A DNA stretch of 64,000 nt from the NCBI RefSeq assembly GCF_009834535.1, contig NC_045696.1:10542001-10606000 (forward strand), read 5' to 3'. The DNA is from Camelus ferus. Its lineage: Eukaryota. Both the position numbers and the translations under genes were made by a program. This document shows positions 1 to 12,744 of this stretch, piece after piece (the stretch's first letter is position 1; each line of letters starts with the position of its first letter). The notes beneath the pieces are model-generated. The model saw only the letters and a program-made list of their open reading frames with translations. It did no database searches and had not been told where the DNA came from.

Positions 1-2339
1 CAAGTTGTTGTAGGATGTAAAGCTATTGTAAGGGATTTCCTCCCATCCCAAGAGTCATATTTTCTTTTTAGTAAGACTTCTGCAAGCTATGTCGTTCTTT
101 CCTTTCTTTTCTTTTCTTTTTTTCCACACCATTTCTGTTCACCTTGCTTGTACTCTGACGGCTTTGTCACCTGCTAGTGTGCTACAGTGGAGTGAAATCT
201 TGACTTCCTTTTAATAAATGTATCTGATTCCAGTTTGTTCTGTAAGGACTAGGCAGTTTCTCTAGCCCAAAGCACTGTGCTGGGACGAGGGAGCTCAGTC
301 AAGGAAGTGCAGTCTGCCAGAAGACCCAGGCTCTGCTTCCTCCTGGAGGATTCTGTTAAATGTCCTGCAGGCAGAGTCACTGCCTCTGGTGGGGCCCTGA
401 GGTAGGATCAGCCACTGGGCCTTTGTGTGGATCCTCTGATTCTGGTCCTGGCTTTTCGTGCTCCCATTTGGCCCATCTCACTCCCCTCTGACCAGCAGGA
501 AGAGCCTACCACTCCTTAGTCCAAAAAGGAAACAGCTAAGTAATGCTAAGACTCAGTTTTCTATTTATTAGGGAGCATTTTCAAGATTTTTATTGATTAA
601 CCAGTCTACTGTGGCTAATAATTGTCAATTTGTTTTTAGTGCTATTCTATCAGGAAACTCTGATACCATGGGGAGAAAATATATCTTACTGGCATTTGGA
701 TACTGGCCAACCACTTGAGCACTTGGTTTGCTACTTATCTCTCTGTCTTGTATTTCCTGAAGATCACCAATTTCTCCTATCCCTCTTTCCTTTGGCTAAA
801 ATGGAGAATTAACAAGGTAACTGTCATGCTTCCGCTGGCATCTGTGCCCTTCCTGTTCATGAGCTTTCCTTTGCCATATGGTTTTGATGTCTTCTGGTAT
901 TACAGCCTCCCAAAATGTGAGACAAATATGACTGGGTTATTCAATGTAAGCAAAAATAAAAATTTGAAATCTACGATTACCTTCACAGATTTTTATTGAT
1001 TCACCAGTACAGTTCCCGGAGGTCAGGCACACTCAAATTTTATACATATTTTCTAAAACCCCAGAATTAAAACAACAACAACGTTTAAGAACAACTCTCC
1101 ACGTACCAGTTTGTAAAAGCCTGGCTTGTGGGGAAACTGAATGGACTCATTTTCCTGTGGGTTCCCAAGAACACTTGCAGCGGCTCTGAACTATTCCCCA
1201 TCCTACATCTTTCTCTCTTCCCCGCTTTTGTTTTCTCTTTTCTCCACTTCTCATCACCCTAACTTACTTCAGCCCAACTGCTCCACTAGCGAACTATTTT
1301 CCTTTCTTCTTCCTGAATTGCATACCACCAGTTTCATCCTCTGAAGGAGTGAAAAATCCTCGGGGAAGAGTACTGACAAGCCCTGCTCTGAGATTCTATT
1401 GCACAGATTGTAAAACATGCACTTCTTTCTGACATCTGAACATCTCTGCAATAGGGTGCTTTGCACAGTGGCATGACACACCTTAACTGACAGTGGTTTT
1501 TCTTACTTGGTAACATGAAGTTTAAAAAGTGTGTCATTCTCAACAGCATCTTAATTTTGGACAGGCAAAGAATATATATGCCACTGACTCCTCTACAGTC
1601 TGAAGGTTTATAAAGGTAACAGGGAGATAAGTCCAATATGGCTCTCTGTGCAAAGTGGCGGGGATGGCATACACATTTTAATAAAAGTTTCACTTGTAAG
1701 ACAATACCTCTGGGGTTAGGATTCTTCTAATTTTTTTTGAAAGATAAATTACCATTTGTCAAATTTCAAGAACCAAATCTCAGGCAGATTTTCTTTAAAT
1801 TTTAAATAAATACATGAGAAACTTTAGAAAAAAATATGGGTAAGACTAAAAGAGCCATGCAGATTTCTGATGATCCAAAGTTGAAAAACAACTTGTGAAC
1901 TAGAGAACTTAAAAGTCCAAGTCATTTCCTGCTGACAAACAGGTCAAACATCACTGATGCCCGTATCACTAGGAAATGTTTTCTTTAGAGCAAATTTTGG
2001 TGTGGTCTTGCTCCCACCCTTTTCCTCTTCAAGCCACAAGAGCAGGAGGAGGGGTACTTTGAAACCTTGCCCAAGTGTGGGACAGGTGGTGGGCTGTAGG
2101 TCTCGGCCACCAGGGTCAGTTAGTGTGACACCTGGAGGAGGGGAGACGGACTCCAGGCCTCAGTCTACACCTCTCACCTCCTTCCATTCAGCTTCTAAGG
2201 GCTTTTTGCCTAACAAAAGCGAGGAAATCAAACAAATATAAAAAGAAAAAGAAAGAGAGTTTATCTAGAGTTTATGAAACCCATCGCTAGCCACAAAAGA
2301 AGGCTGATGGATTCAACTCGTAATTGGGTTTAACTAGTT

Positions 2340-3475
2340 GCTTTGGTCCAGGCTGAAACGCTAGCGTCGACTCGCACCCAGTTCCTCGTTCCCTCCCGAC
2401 CCTGGAGCCGGGTCCACTCCTCTGTCTCCGCGACGCTGTCCCATCGCCCTGTCCTCCAGCTTCCAAGCGATGCATCTGGAAGGACGCAGACAGTCCAGCC
2501 CGGCTGCCCCTCCGTGACCCGCTCCCGCGCGAGAACAAAGGATGGCTAACTGCAAGTGTTCTCTTAGAGGGAGGGCGGAAGACCTGGAACCGGAGACCCG
2601 AGCCAGTAAACCAGTTTTGCAAGGCGTTGTGGCCCGTGAGGAATCTGGCTTTTGAACTTCACAAGGGCTCTCATCTGGCAGCGGCCACTGCCCGGGTGTC
2701 CCAGGCACCCCTGGTGGGGCGTGAGGGGGCTGCAGGGCTGGGTGCTATGAAGAGAGCTCCCATGAGTGGCGATGAACGGAGGACGCCGAGCCGGCCGACG
2801 GCAGCGCGGCCTCGGGGGACAGCCAGCCGATGCCCTCCAAGGACCCCCAGGCTGCGGGGGCGGGGGAAGGGCGGCCCCCGGGGAGGAGGACGGCGGCGCG
2901 CGAACCGAAGCCCCGCGGCCGGCCGGGAGCGCAGGCGGCACCGGGAGGAGCTCCCAGGGGAGGGACCAGAGCCTGTAAGGCGATTCCGGGAAGCGGCTGC
3001 AGAGAGGCGACGTTCCTTCGGTCCCCTCCCCCGCCCCCGCCCCCCGCGCTGTCCCGCGTTACCTTGGCAGTCTGACCTCGCCGCGGCCCCCGGGGTCCTG
3101 GCCTCGGGCCCACCCGCCCCAGCCGGGCTCGGCCGCAGCCCCTCCGCACCCAGACTCGGTGCTCCCGACCGGGATGCGCGCTGCTGGCGGCCTCTTTGGC
3201 AGTGGCGGCCGGCGCGGGGCAAAGGCGAGCAGAGCGGCTGGTGGTGGCCGGCTCCCTCCGCTCCGAGGGCGCCCCGGATCGATCCTCGGGGTCGCCTCCG
3301 GGAGGGGTGGGGGAGGTCTTTCCCGCGAGTGCGCGCGCGGAGCCGGCCTCCGGCAGCTGCGGGAAGGCGCCGGACCGGGCGGGGGCGGGCAGGGGGCGGG
3401 GACACCAGATTTTGTAATTTGCCCTCAGTTGGAGGCGGCGCCTTCCGCCCCTCCCCAGCCCCCGCCTCCTCTATG
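2340..3475. promoter_or_regulatory. CpG island promoter of an unidentified gene (minus-strand transcription likely)
   Basis: About 1.1 kb of very GC-rich, CpG-dense sequence against a CpG-depleted background. Tandem GC boxes (GGGCGG) at 3377-3401, an E2F-type TTTCCCGC at 3319-3326 and a GCGCGCGC run at 3331-3338. Confidence 0.9.
3063..3360 (-). other. Probable non-coding (5' UTR) first exon; 5' boundary approximate
   Basis: Plus strand GTTACCTTGG at 3058-3067 reads CCAAG|GTAAC on the minus strand, a good splice donor downstream of the GC-box cluster. There is no minus-strand ATG (no plus-strand CAT) between 3063 and 3410. Confidence 0.6.
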
Positions 3476-3499
3476 TAAGCTCCATAGGGGGTAAGAAAA

Positions 3500-3810
3500 A
3501 GAATTTTGGCTGTTGTGTTTCCTGCAGTATCCTCAGGGTCTAGAACAGTCCCTGGCACTTAGAACAATGCCTAGCACGTTTAATCCGCTCAATAAAAATG
3601 TGTTGCATGCATGCATGCATGCATGAATGAATGAATGAAAGAAAAAGTGAATGTGTTCTCTCCTGCTCCGCTACCTCCCTTACTAGCTCTATAAACCGCT
3701 CAGAGCATAATTCTCCAATCAATAAAACAGGGATAAGAATAGCTACCATTGAGTTGTTAAGGATTGGTGTAGTTCCAAGCTCAAGAAGGTCTTTGTAAAT
3801 ACTGTAAATA
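3500..3810. mobile_element. L2 3' end plus MIR fragments
   Basis: L2-like tail 'cctggcacttagaac...ctcaataaaaatgtgttg...gaatgaatgaatgaa', followed by MIR-core-like 'aataaaacagggataagaatagctacc...gttgttaaggatt'. Confidence 0.6.
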
Positions 3811-4619
3811 ATGGCTCCCTTCCCCTGCTCTGTGGGTCTTTCCTCTGCTCTCCTGCTCACTGATCAATGTGTTTAAGGTAGGCAGAGAGGAAAGACAGTC
3901 CCTCATTATTTTGTTTACCTATTATTTATATCTGTCAGTTTCCAAAATAGAATATGAAGTAGCTTTCAGTAAGATGTAGGTATATTTTAAACATTACAGC
4001 TACCGAAATGGAAATGTTAAAATCCTTTGGAAGGAGGAGGAGGGAAAAAATACGAATCACCTAGGTTATTCTCATTGAGAATTCAACTTCACTTTCAGCT
4101 TTCTGACCTTTGAGGAAAGGGAGGAAGAGGCTGTTTCACACTTTTTGTACCTGTTAGAAAGGAACCTTTTCATTCATCGAGTCAGCTAACATTTGCTGAC
4201 CCCCATCTGTACAATAGACACAGGGGGTGATCATAGGAGGCTGTGTCTGCTTCCCATGTTACGCTTAATCTTCAAAAGGAGCAGAATTCCTCACCAGCCC
4301 CCTAAGACCTTACTGGAGCTCATCGTGGGGTCTTGGTCTTTACAAAAGACATTCAACATTAAAAATATTTTCAGCATTAGTGTAAGAGAAGCTGCAGAAA
4401 TAGCCTCTGAAAGTGGAGGAACGCCAATACAAAACTGTATGCACCTTTTTGTAAAAACATATATGTATTAGAAATAAAAATATGTGAAAATGTTAACTAT
4501 GACTAATTGAAGATTGGGTGATTATAGGTGATTTTTCCTTTCTTTTTTACTTCCTAAATTTTCTAGGTAAATGTTTTTACTCAATATACTCAGAGAGAGT
4601 ATATTTTAAAAAAATGCTG

Positions 4620-5850
4620 TCCATGCCAAGATGTAAAGAGCTTAGAAGTTGTCACTCCACTCCTCACAACTAGAGAGAAGCAGAACCAACTGAAAAGTCA
4701 ACTCTTCTTAGATCCATCATTGACTTGGGGTCACAGGGCAAACTGTAGCCCTCCAAACTCGGGAGACAGCTTATGCAGAGAATCAGTGTACAGGGAACAG
4801 AAACCTCAAAAACATAGGAAAACTTAAACCATATTAACTATTCGCTGGAGGCTGAGAGGGGACTAGCTGGAGAGCCAAAAACTCCTGGGGATCCAGTCTT
4901 GGTGGGGTCCTTCTACTTTCTTGAACTTTTTTCACAGGTGCCCCACCAGGTTCTCATGGTGAACACCAGAGAAAATTCCCATCCTGTTTGGCCAGAGGGA
5001 GGATAAAAGTAACCATTTGAAACACACCTGGAGTGTTCTGTTAAAAAAAAAAAAAAAAAAAAAAAAGCCTGTCTTCAAGAGGAATTATTTTACCCAAGCC
5101 TAATCTGACTTAGTTCAAGGGTGATTAGACAACTCAGCCCCCTCAAGACTTCCTGTCATAAAAAGGAGGGAAAAATGAGGGTGGAGGCTAAGAAATTCCT
5201 CTGAAGGTAACAGTCTGGAGTTTCAAGCTCAAGCTCATTACAAAGAGAAAAAACAAACTCTGAAATTTTATCTTAAAATTATTGACTGTTTCCCTTCCAC
5301 AGTATCTTCTACCACATCCGCAGGACTCCAGTGGATTACAACTCGACTTAAGAGAGAGTTTCTAGGGAAACCCAGACAACAGGGAAGAAAAAAATAAGGA
5401 CACTGGATGAAATCAAAGCCTCTGACACCTACAGGTCCAGCAAACATTATGCACAGATGAACTCTCAGCCAGTAAACATGACACATCTCAGTAAAGGATT
5501 ATTTATCTCAGCTCCTGTTGTCTGATCCGTCATGTCTGGCTTTCTCTAAAAAGCAGGAAAAACACAATCTGAAGACGAAAAGTAAGCTTGAGAATAAGAC
5601 TAAGATATGACAGAGAATTTGGAATTATCAGACTAGGTGGATACTATATAACACAAACAGTGAATCTTAATGCAAAGTGTAAACTTTGGTGAATATTAAA
5701 GTATAAGTGTTGGCTCATCACTTGTTACCAAGATAGCACACGGGTGTAAGACGTTAACCATAGGGGAAACTGTGGAGGAGAAGGGGGGTCTGTGGGAAAT
5801 CTCTGCACTATGCTTTATTTTCTCATTAATAAAGTCTACTATATTTTTTA
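4620..5850 (+). mobile_element. Old L1 (L1MD-like), 5' region joined to 3' end
   Basis: Starts with 'ccatgccaagatgtaaagagcttagaagttgtcactcc', which is L1MD-type 5' sequence. Near 5637 it switches to L1MC/MD-type 3' UTR ('aacacaaacagtgaatcttaatg...gggaaatctctgcactatg'). Confidence 0.6.
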
Positions 5851-5859
5851 AAATGCACA

Positions 5860-6300
5860 TTTGTTCATTCACTCAGAAATATTCATTGAGCACCCACCCA
5901 AGCCAAGCACTGTTGTCGGTTTTGGAGACAACAAGGTCTATGACCCAGGCCAAGTCCCTACTCTCCTGTGGGGCTTATGTTCCAGAGGGGGAGGGGGTGA
6001 TGGGGGTACAAAACATGAGCAAATGAGATAACTGCAGAGTGACATGAAACCAAAGCACTGGGCAGAAAGCTGGAGAGTGCTTAGAAGAGCTATGGTAGAG
6101 GGGCTGGTCTGGCCGGGGTAGGGGAGAGGGGGCTCCTCCCTCGACTCATCCTCAGGACATCTGAGCTGAGACCCAGATAATGCAAAGTGTGAGGCTGAGA
6201 GTTTAGAGGGCAGGGCTGCAAGAAGTGCAAATGCCAACGCCCCAAAACCCCTGGGGCAGGAACCAGCCAAGGAAGGAAAGAGCCTAGTGTAGAGTCATGG
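5860..6300 (-). mobile_element. L2 fragment
   Basis: 'ttcattcactcagaaatattcattgagcac...caagcactgttg' is the reverse of the L2 3' end, followed by purine-rich L2 body. Confidence 0.6.
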
Positions 6301-6779
6301 TTGACTGTATTCATAGACTTGAGCCGTGAGCTGGCTGGTGGTATTATGAATTGACATGGAAAAGACTGAGAGAGACAGTGTAGGGTTGGAGGATGGATGC
6401 CAATGTTCTGTTTTGTGGTCTTAAATTGAAGGTACCTACTGATGCTCAGGCAGAGAGAGAGAGAGAGAGAGAAAGTCCTAAAGCCGGTGGGTGGCCAGAG
6501 CAAGACAGAGGCCACGCTGGTGGGGGACAGAGGAGCCATGGAAGCCCAACAGAGGTGTCAGAATCTGAACAGGGTGAGAGGGACATCCAAGGGGCAAACT
6601 GATATGAGGCATCAGAGCAAGTCAGAGAGGGAGGGTTGCATCCTTGTTAGGTGGTGGGGGAAGTGAGAGGCCCCAAGGCCTGAAAGGATGAGGAAAGAAT
6701 TCTCATGGAAACAGTGTGGAGTGGGGTCTTGGGACCCAGTTGGGTTGAGGAAGGCATCTGTGCTGGGAAGGGGGTGGAC

Positions 6780-8110
6780 AGGAGAGGGCAGGTTGATTAC
6801 ATATAGGCGATCAATCAAAATACAAATCTGTTAAGAATAATGAGAACTGAGGTTGTCACAGATGGAGAAGGAAGTTACAAGCAATGAAAGGGAAAAATAA
6901 AAACTAATCCTAAATTGTTGGATTGGAATTGGAGGTGTTGATGTGAGCTTATGATTTTCTAGAGATGGTCAGATAGGACCTTAGAAAGGGAGATACAGAT
7001 ATAGAAATAAGTATAGACATACATGCGTATGTATGTGTGTCTGTGTGTGTTAGTGTGTTTTTCTCCCTAATTCTGCCCTCTGAGATATAAATTAGTGCAT
7101 GTGTGTGTATTTCCACCCCCACCCCACCACTGGCTCTGCCCTTCTGGGAGCCTGGTGACCTCTGACAGTGACGATCACACCTACTATTTAGATCTTTGAT
7201 TCTAAGTATAAGTTTCCAGTAAAAGGAACTGGGTTCCTTGGAGGAATGATGGGATCCCAAGGGACAGGGAAAGCACAAGGCATCTGGATCATCTTATTCA
7301 GGAAAGCAAGGAAGTGCTCAAGGAATGATAGGGGCATGTCAAGAGAATAGGGCAAAGCAGGGACAATTTGGGTAGAAAAATAAATAATGCTAGAAATGGA
7401 TTGTAACCCACTGAATAAAAAGGAAATCATGCATCCACACTTGTGGCTGCCATTTTAAAAGTACTGAATACAACGAAAGTTTGATGAAGAGCAGGATATT
7501 TGCTTGTTTCAAAGCATCTCCCCACAAGCATACTTATTCATTACAAAGGGGAACAGAGGAACTTTACAGTGGTGAACACTGGCAGAGGTCTTCTTAACCA
7601 AACAATGCAATCAAGCACCATCAATAATGGGGTAAATTAAAATTACACACCACTCGACAGAGAGCAGTGAGAAGAAGGTTTGTAGTACCACATCTGTGAC
7701 ACTCCTGGCCAAGGTTCATAACCAGATAGAGAGATAAGCTACAAAATCACTGGTCTGCAGTTTCTTAATGTCATGAAGTTTATGTTGTGAAGGTCAAAGT
7801 CTGAGGAACCATTCAAGACTAGAGGAGACTAAAGAACCATGACAACTTGATGCGATCTGTGTCTTTGAGGTGAATCCTTTTAGCCAGAGAGGATGTGACT
7901 GGTGATACTTGAAGGGGGTCAAAAGATGAGCTGATATCCATGTATCAAAGTCAATTTCCTGATTGTGATGTTGTAGTTTATGTAGAAGTGTTCTTATTTG
8001 TAGGAAATATGAAAGTATTTAGGGATGATGGAGCATTGGAAAATGGTTCAGAAATAAAGGTCTTTGTACTGTAGTTCAACTTTTCTGTAAGTCTGTGATA
8101 TTTTTTAAGA
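6780..8110 (+). mobile_element. Old L1 3' region (L1MC-like)
   Basis: Motifs 'actttacagtggtgaacactggcaga', 'atgtatcaaagtcaatttcctgattgtgat' and 'ctttgtactgtagttcaacttttctgtaagtctg'. Confidence 0.65.
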
Positions 8111-8542
8111 GTAAAATTTTATAGGAGATGTACCAAGAAGAAGGCTGTGAGGTATACAATTCTGGGTCTTGGTGGAAAGGAATGAGCAGGAATTATAAAT
8201 TTGCACATCATCAGCATAGAGCTGAAATGTTGTTACCAGTTCTACGCGGTCACCTCAGAACAGCTGGAGAAGATGGCTGAGGACCGGGCCTGGGGTCTCA
8301 CCAATGTTTAGATGTCCTGGAGGGAAGCGAGGTGAAAAAAACCTGCCATGCCTGGTCAGTGTGGATGGGAGAAAACCAAGAGACTGGATGTCCTGGAAGC
8401 TGTGAGAAGAGAATTTCTTGATCAATTCTGTTGAATGTGGCTGAGAGGTTAAGTAAGATGAAGTAGTGATCAGGGCTTTGCAACTCAGATGCTGCTGGTT
8501 ACCTCTTGACAAGAGTTGTCTCAGTGGAGCCCAATTAGAGAG

Positions 8543-9001
8543 TGTGGCAGGCTTAATAATGGCTCCCAAAGACATCTCCATCCCGATCCCCAGAATCTGT
8601 GACTGTATCATCTTACACGGTAAAAGGGACTTTTTACAGATGTGATTAAGGATCTTGAGATGGGGAGATTATCCTGGATTATTTGGGTGGGCTCAAGGTA
8701 ATCATGAGGTCTATATAAGAGGCAGGAAGATCAGAGTCAGAGAAAAGAGATGTAAGGGCAGAAGGAGAGGTCAGCCGTGGGAAGATGCTGTCCTGGAAGA
8801 CAGAGAATGGGAGCGAATGCAGGTGCCTTCAGAGGCTAGAAAAGACAAGGAAATGGATTTCCCCCATAAATCCCCAGAAGACACACAACCCTGCTGTCAC
8901 CTGTATTTTAAGACTGACCTCCAGAACTGTAAGATGATAAATTTCTTTTAAGCTGCTAAGATTGTAGTAATTTCTTACAGCAGCAATAGGAAACCAATAC
9001 A
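8543..9001 (+). mobile_element. MaLR solo LTR (MLT1D-like) inserted in L2
   Basis: TG...CA termini ('tgtggcaggcttaataatggctcccaaagac'...'gcagcaataggaaaccaataca') with a near 5-bp TSD gagag/gggag. Confidence 0.85.
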
Positions 9002-9139
9002 GGGAGAAAGGGTTAGGGAAAAAAACGGGAGGTGGGAAAGGAGAGAAAGCAACTTTGGAGAAGTTTTGTTGTGAAAGTGAGCAGGGAAGAGGGGTGGGAG
9101 CCAGGGTGGGCTAAGGGTATTCATGGGCCAGTGAATATT

Positions 9140-10072
9140 TTAATTTTTTTAATTAGTAGATTATTTTTAAAGAGCAGTTTTTGATTTATAGAAGAACTGT
9201 GTGAAAAGTACAGAGTTTCTATATTACCCCTCCTTCCTGTTTCCCATTTAACATCTTGTAATAATGTAGCAATTTTTTTGTTTGTTACAAAAAATAATTT
9301 GTAACAAACAAACCAATAATTTGCTACAATTGGTGAGCCAATGTCGGTACATTATTACTAACTACAGTTAGTTAGGGGTTCATTCTTCTGCTCTACAGTC
9401 TATGAGTTTTGACAAAAGCATAATGAAACATATCCACCATTACAGTATCATATAGAATAGTTTCACTGCCCTAAAAATGTCCCAGGCTCCATCTATTCAT
9501 TCCTCAATTTTTCCTCCTTAGTCCCTGGCAACTAGTGATTTTTTACGGTCTCCATAGTTTTGCTTTTTCTAACATGACTTATAGTTGGAATCATACAGTA
9601 CATAGACTTTCCAGATTGGCTTCTTTTACTCAGTAAAGTCACTTAAGGTTTCTCCACGTCTTTTTTGTGGCTTGATATTACCTTTCTTTTTAGTGCTGAA
9701 TAATACTCCATTGTACAGATGTACCATAGTTTGTTTATTCATTCACCTATGGAAAGGCATCTTGGTTGTTTCCCTGTTTTGGCAATTAACAATGCTGTTG
9801 TAAACATCCTTGTGCAAGTTTTTCTGTGAACATTTTCAACTCATGGGTAAATGTCAAAGAGTGCAATTGCCTGGACCATATTTGAAGAGTCATGTTTAGT
9901 TTCATAAGAAACTACCAAATGGTCTTCCAAAGTGGCCACGCCATTTTGCATTCCCATGAGCAATGAATGAGAGTTCTCACTTCTTCACATCCTCATCAGC
10001 ATCTAGTGCTGTCAATGGTTTGAATTTTAGCCATTCTAACAGCTGTTTAGTGGTATTCCATTGTTGTTTTAA
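9140..10072 (-). mobile_element. L1 3' region (L1MB-like), antisense
   Basis: Typical antisense L1 3' UTR/ORF2-end text: 'taatactccattgtacagatgtaccatagtttgtttattcattcacctat' and 'ccattttgcattcccatgagcaatgaatgagagtt'. Confidence 0.85.
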
Positions 10073-10229
10073 GGGATGGGCATTTTAAAGATTATAGATT
10101 ACCATGCATGTTCACAGTCTGTTGATTATGGTCCGATAGAGAGTGAGACATTATTAATGGGGAAAAGAGGTGATAAAGGCAAGAGTGAAATTGTTTAGAT
10201 GGAGTGGGTGAGGGGAATCCAGGAAACTG
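9957..10229 (+). repeat. Source copy of 273-bp direct duplication
   Basis: Matches 10994-11266 except for 3 substitutions (by-eye alignment). Confidence 0.95.
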
Positions 10230-10993
10230 AAGGGGCTGGTCTTAGGTAGAAGGGGCCTTTTGTTCCCTCTAGAAATAGGAAGGCAGAAAGAGTGGGTAGA
10301 TTTGGGCACAGAAAGAGAGTGACAACTTCTGCTATTTTCAGGAAGTATGTAGCAAAGTCACCTGCTGAAAATGAGATGCGTGGGAAGGGTCGTGGAGGGG
10401 GTTTCTAGGGAAAAAATTTCTCGATGTGGGATACTCTTGTGTATCAAAGACTTCATGATGGAAGATGACCTAGTGAAGGAATTTCCCTGGACTGAAGAGA
10501 GGACTGATGTGGGTTTGATCGCTCCTTTCATAAAATCCATACTCCTACACTCTGCTACTCTCCTGGTCTCCTGGGGGAGGGAAGAATCAGTAGAAAGAAC
10601 GCCAACTTAGGGGTCAGAGAACTGGATCTGGTCTCAACTCTGACATGAACCTCTCATCGGTCAAGTTCTCTTCTGAGCTGAATGCTTAGCTCTAACTTCC
10701 TCTTGGTGGGTGCAGGTTGAGGTTCTAGATGCTGTGCTCATGATCAGCCACGACCCCTCTCTCAGACTCGGATCGCGTGAGGATTGTGGGGGTTCGTTTC
10801 CGCCCAAGTCTCTGACTAAGAAACCACAAAGCAGAGTTTGAGCACACTTAGCCTCTCTCTGTTTGCAGCTGCCTTCCTCAGCCCAGGCAGATGGGAAGAA
10901 ATGGAGCAGGGAGGGGCTGCTTCTTTCAACTCAGCAGCAAGCTGTCTCTACTAATAGTCCAGGGCATTGCAGCCTTGGCGTCTTCTGGCCTTC

Positions 10994-11266
10994 TGAGCAA
11001 TGAATGAGAGTTCTCACTTCTTCACATCCTCATCAGCATCTAGTGCTGTCAATGGTTTGAATTTTAGCCATTCTAACAGCTGTGTAGTGGTATTCCATTG
11101 TTGTTGTAAGGGATGGGCATTTTAAAGATTATAGATTACCATGCATGTTCACAGTCTGTTGATTATGGTCTGATAGAGAGTGAGACATTATTAATGGGGA
11201 AAAGAGGTGATAAAGGCAAGAGTGAAATTGTTTAGATGGAGTGGGTGAGGGGAATCCAGGAAACTG
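10994..11266 (+). repeat. Inserted copy of 273-bp direct duplication
   Basis: Matches 9957-10229 and is flanked by unrelated sequence on both sides. Confidence 0.95.
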
Positions 11267-12039
11267 TGTGATGAACAAAGAGTGGGCTACCTTCACCACC
11301 TCAACCTCAACTCAGGGACTAAGCCACGTGCACATGACTCTCTTTCCCCACTGCTGATTTTCAGAATTACTCATTTCCTTCCTCTTTCACCCTCTTTTTT
11401 AGCCAGCATCACCCTCTAGAGCTTGGCTCCACTCATACTCTCACCGTTATGAATCCTTATGGGTGGGGCAGGTGCCAGGGCCCTGTGGCCACTGCAGTCC
11501 AAAGGAGTCAAGATCATCCCCTAAGATTGCTTGAGAAATGGGTACCACCAGGGCTTGAAAGGAAAGGGAAAAAAAGGAATGAGGGGATCTGAGACAACTT
11601 TTTCATCTAGAACATGCTGATAGACCACGTGATTCCTAAAGTGTCTTGAGACTTTGTACCATGGCAACAAATTCATTAATTCATTAATATACATTAATAA
11701 ATGCCATCTAGTGAGTTTGCATTACTACATAAATGTAGCTTAATTTTAAAAACCATAAACCTCGCTATTTTCTTATGTACCCCAAGTTCTCCTAATGGTC
11801 TATGGCCATCTGTTGGGAGAACTCTGTGCCTGGAAAACTGATGGACCCCCAGGAGACCCTGCATTTCTAGGGGAGTAACTCAAGAAGGCAAGTAGCTTAT
11901 AGAAGACTGGCAAGGGCTGATCAAGGTGCTGAGACTCAATCCTAGGTCCCAGTGGGTCCCTGGGAAGCAGTAGTGTCACTGGGGACACTGCTCCCACAGG
12001 GTGTCAGTGTACAGAGAGAGAAGGCTGTAAGACACTTCA

Positions 12040-12230
12040 AGACAAATGCTGTGAACCCTCCTCATGAATCAGTGCCCTTCTAAGAAGCGGAAGAGACTTT
12101 CTCCAGGAAACGAACTGGTCAGCACCTTGTCTTGGACTTTCAGCCTCCAGAACCATGAGAAATAAATATCTGTTGTCTAAACCATTCAGTATATAGTATT
12201 TTGTTACAGCAGCCTGAGCAGACTTAGCAT
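12040..12230 (+). mobile_element. MaLR LTR 3' fragment (MLT1A-like)
   Basis: 'cttggactttcagcctccagaaccatgagaaataaatatctgttg...gtattttgttacagcagcctgagcagact'. Confidence 0.7.
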
Positions 12231-12744
12231 GGTTTTAATATCACTGAATGTTCCAGAAATGTAACTGCTGTGTAAATTGAGAGACGATTGTACTTTGTTT
12301 TGTTTAGAACTTTGCCACGAGTTCTTCTCCATTCTGGAAAAATCACACAGCAATAACATCACTCACAGTATCTGAGTCAGTGACAGAACACACCTGAATC
12401 AGGTTGTGTGGCAGCTGTGGCATTTGTGGTGCCACCAGAGCAGCAAATTAACACATGGCAGTTTACGGATTAACATGGCCTCTCCTTGTGTCCTGGGAAG
12501 GTCTGCAGAAGGAGAGATCAGATGCAGAGTGTAGTGGAGTGACTTTTGAAGTAGCTCAGATGTGATAGGGACCTGGACCAGGATGTCGGCTGTGGGGATG
12601 GATTAGAAATATTTAGGAAGGTGAATAAAGTGAACATGGCGCTAGATTGACTATGTGGAGTCAGAGCTACATTAGGAGTCAAGGCAAACTCCCAAGATCC
12701 TGGATTAGGCACCTGTTGGATGGTGGTACCATTTTCTAAGATAG

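Noticed and set aside
2627..3558. Long overlapping ORFs (283 aa +, 295 aa -) in the CpG island
   Set aside because: They are Arg/Pro/Gly/Ala-rich and open in several frames on both strands, as expected from stop-codon depletion in GC-rich DNA. No recognisable domain.
3604..3640. (TGCA)n palindromic repeat beside the promoter
   Set aside because: It is a simple-repeat variant of the L2 (TGAA)n tail.
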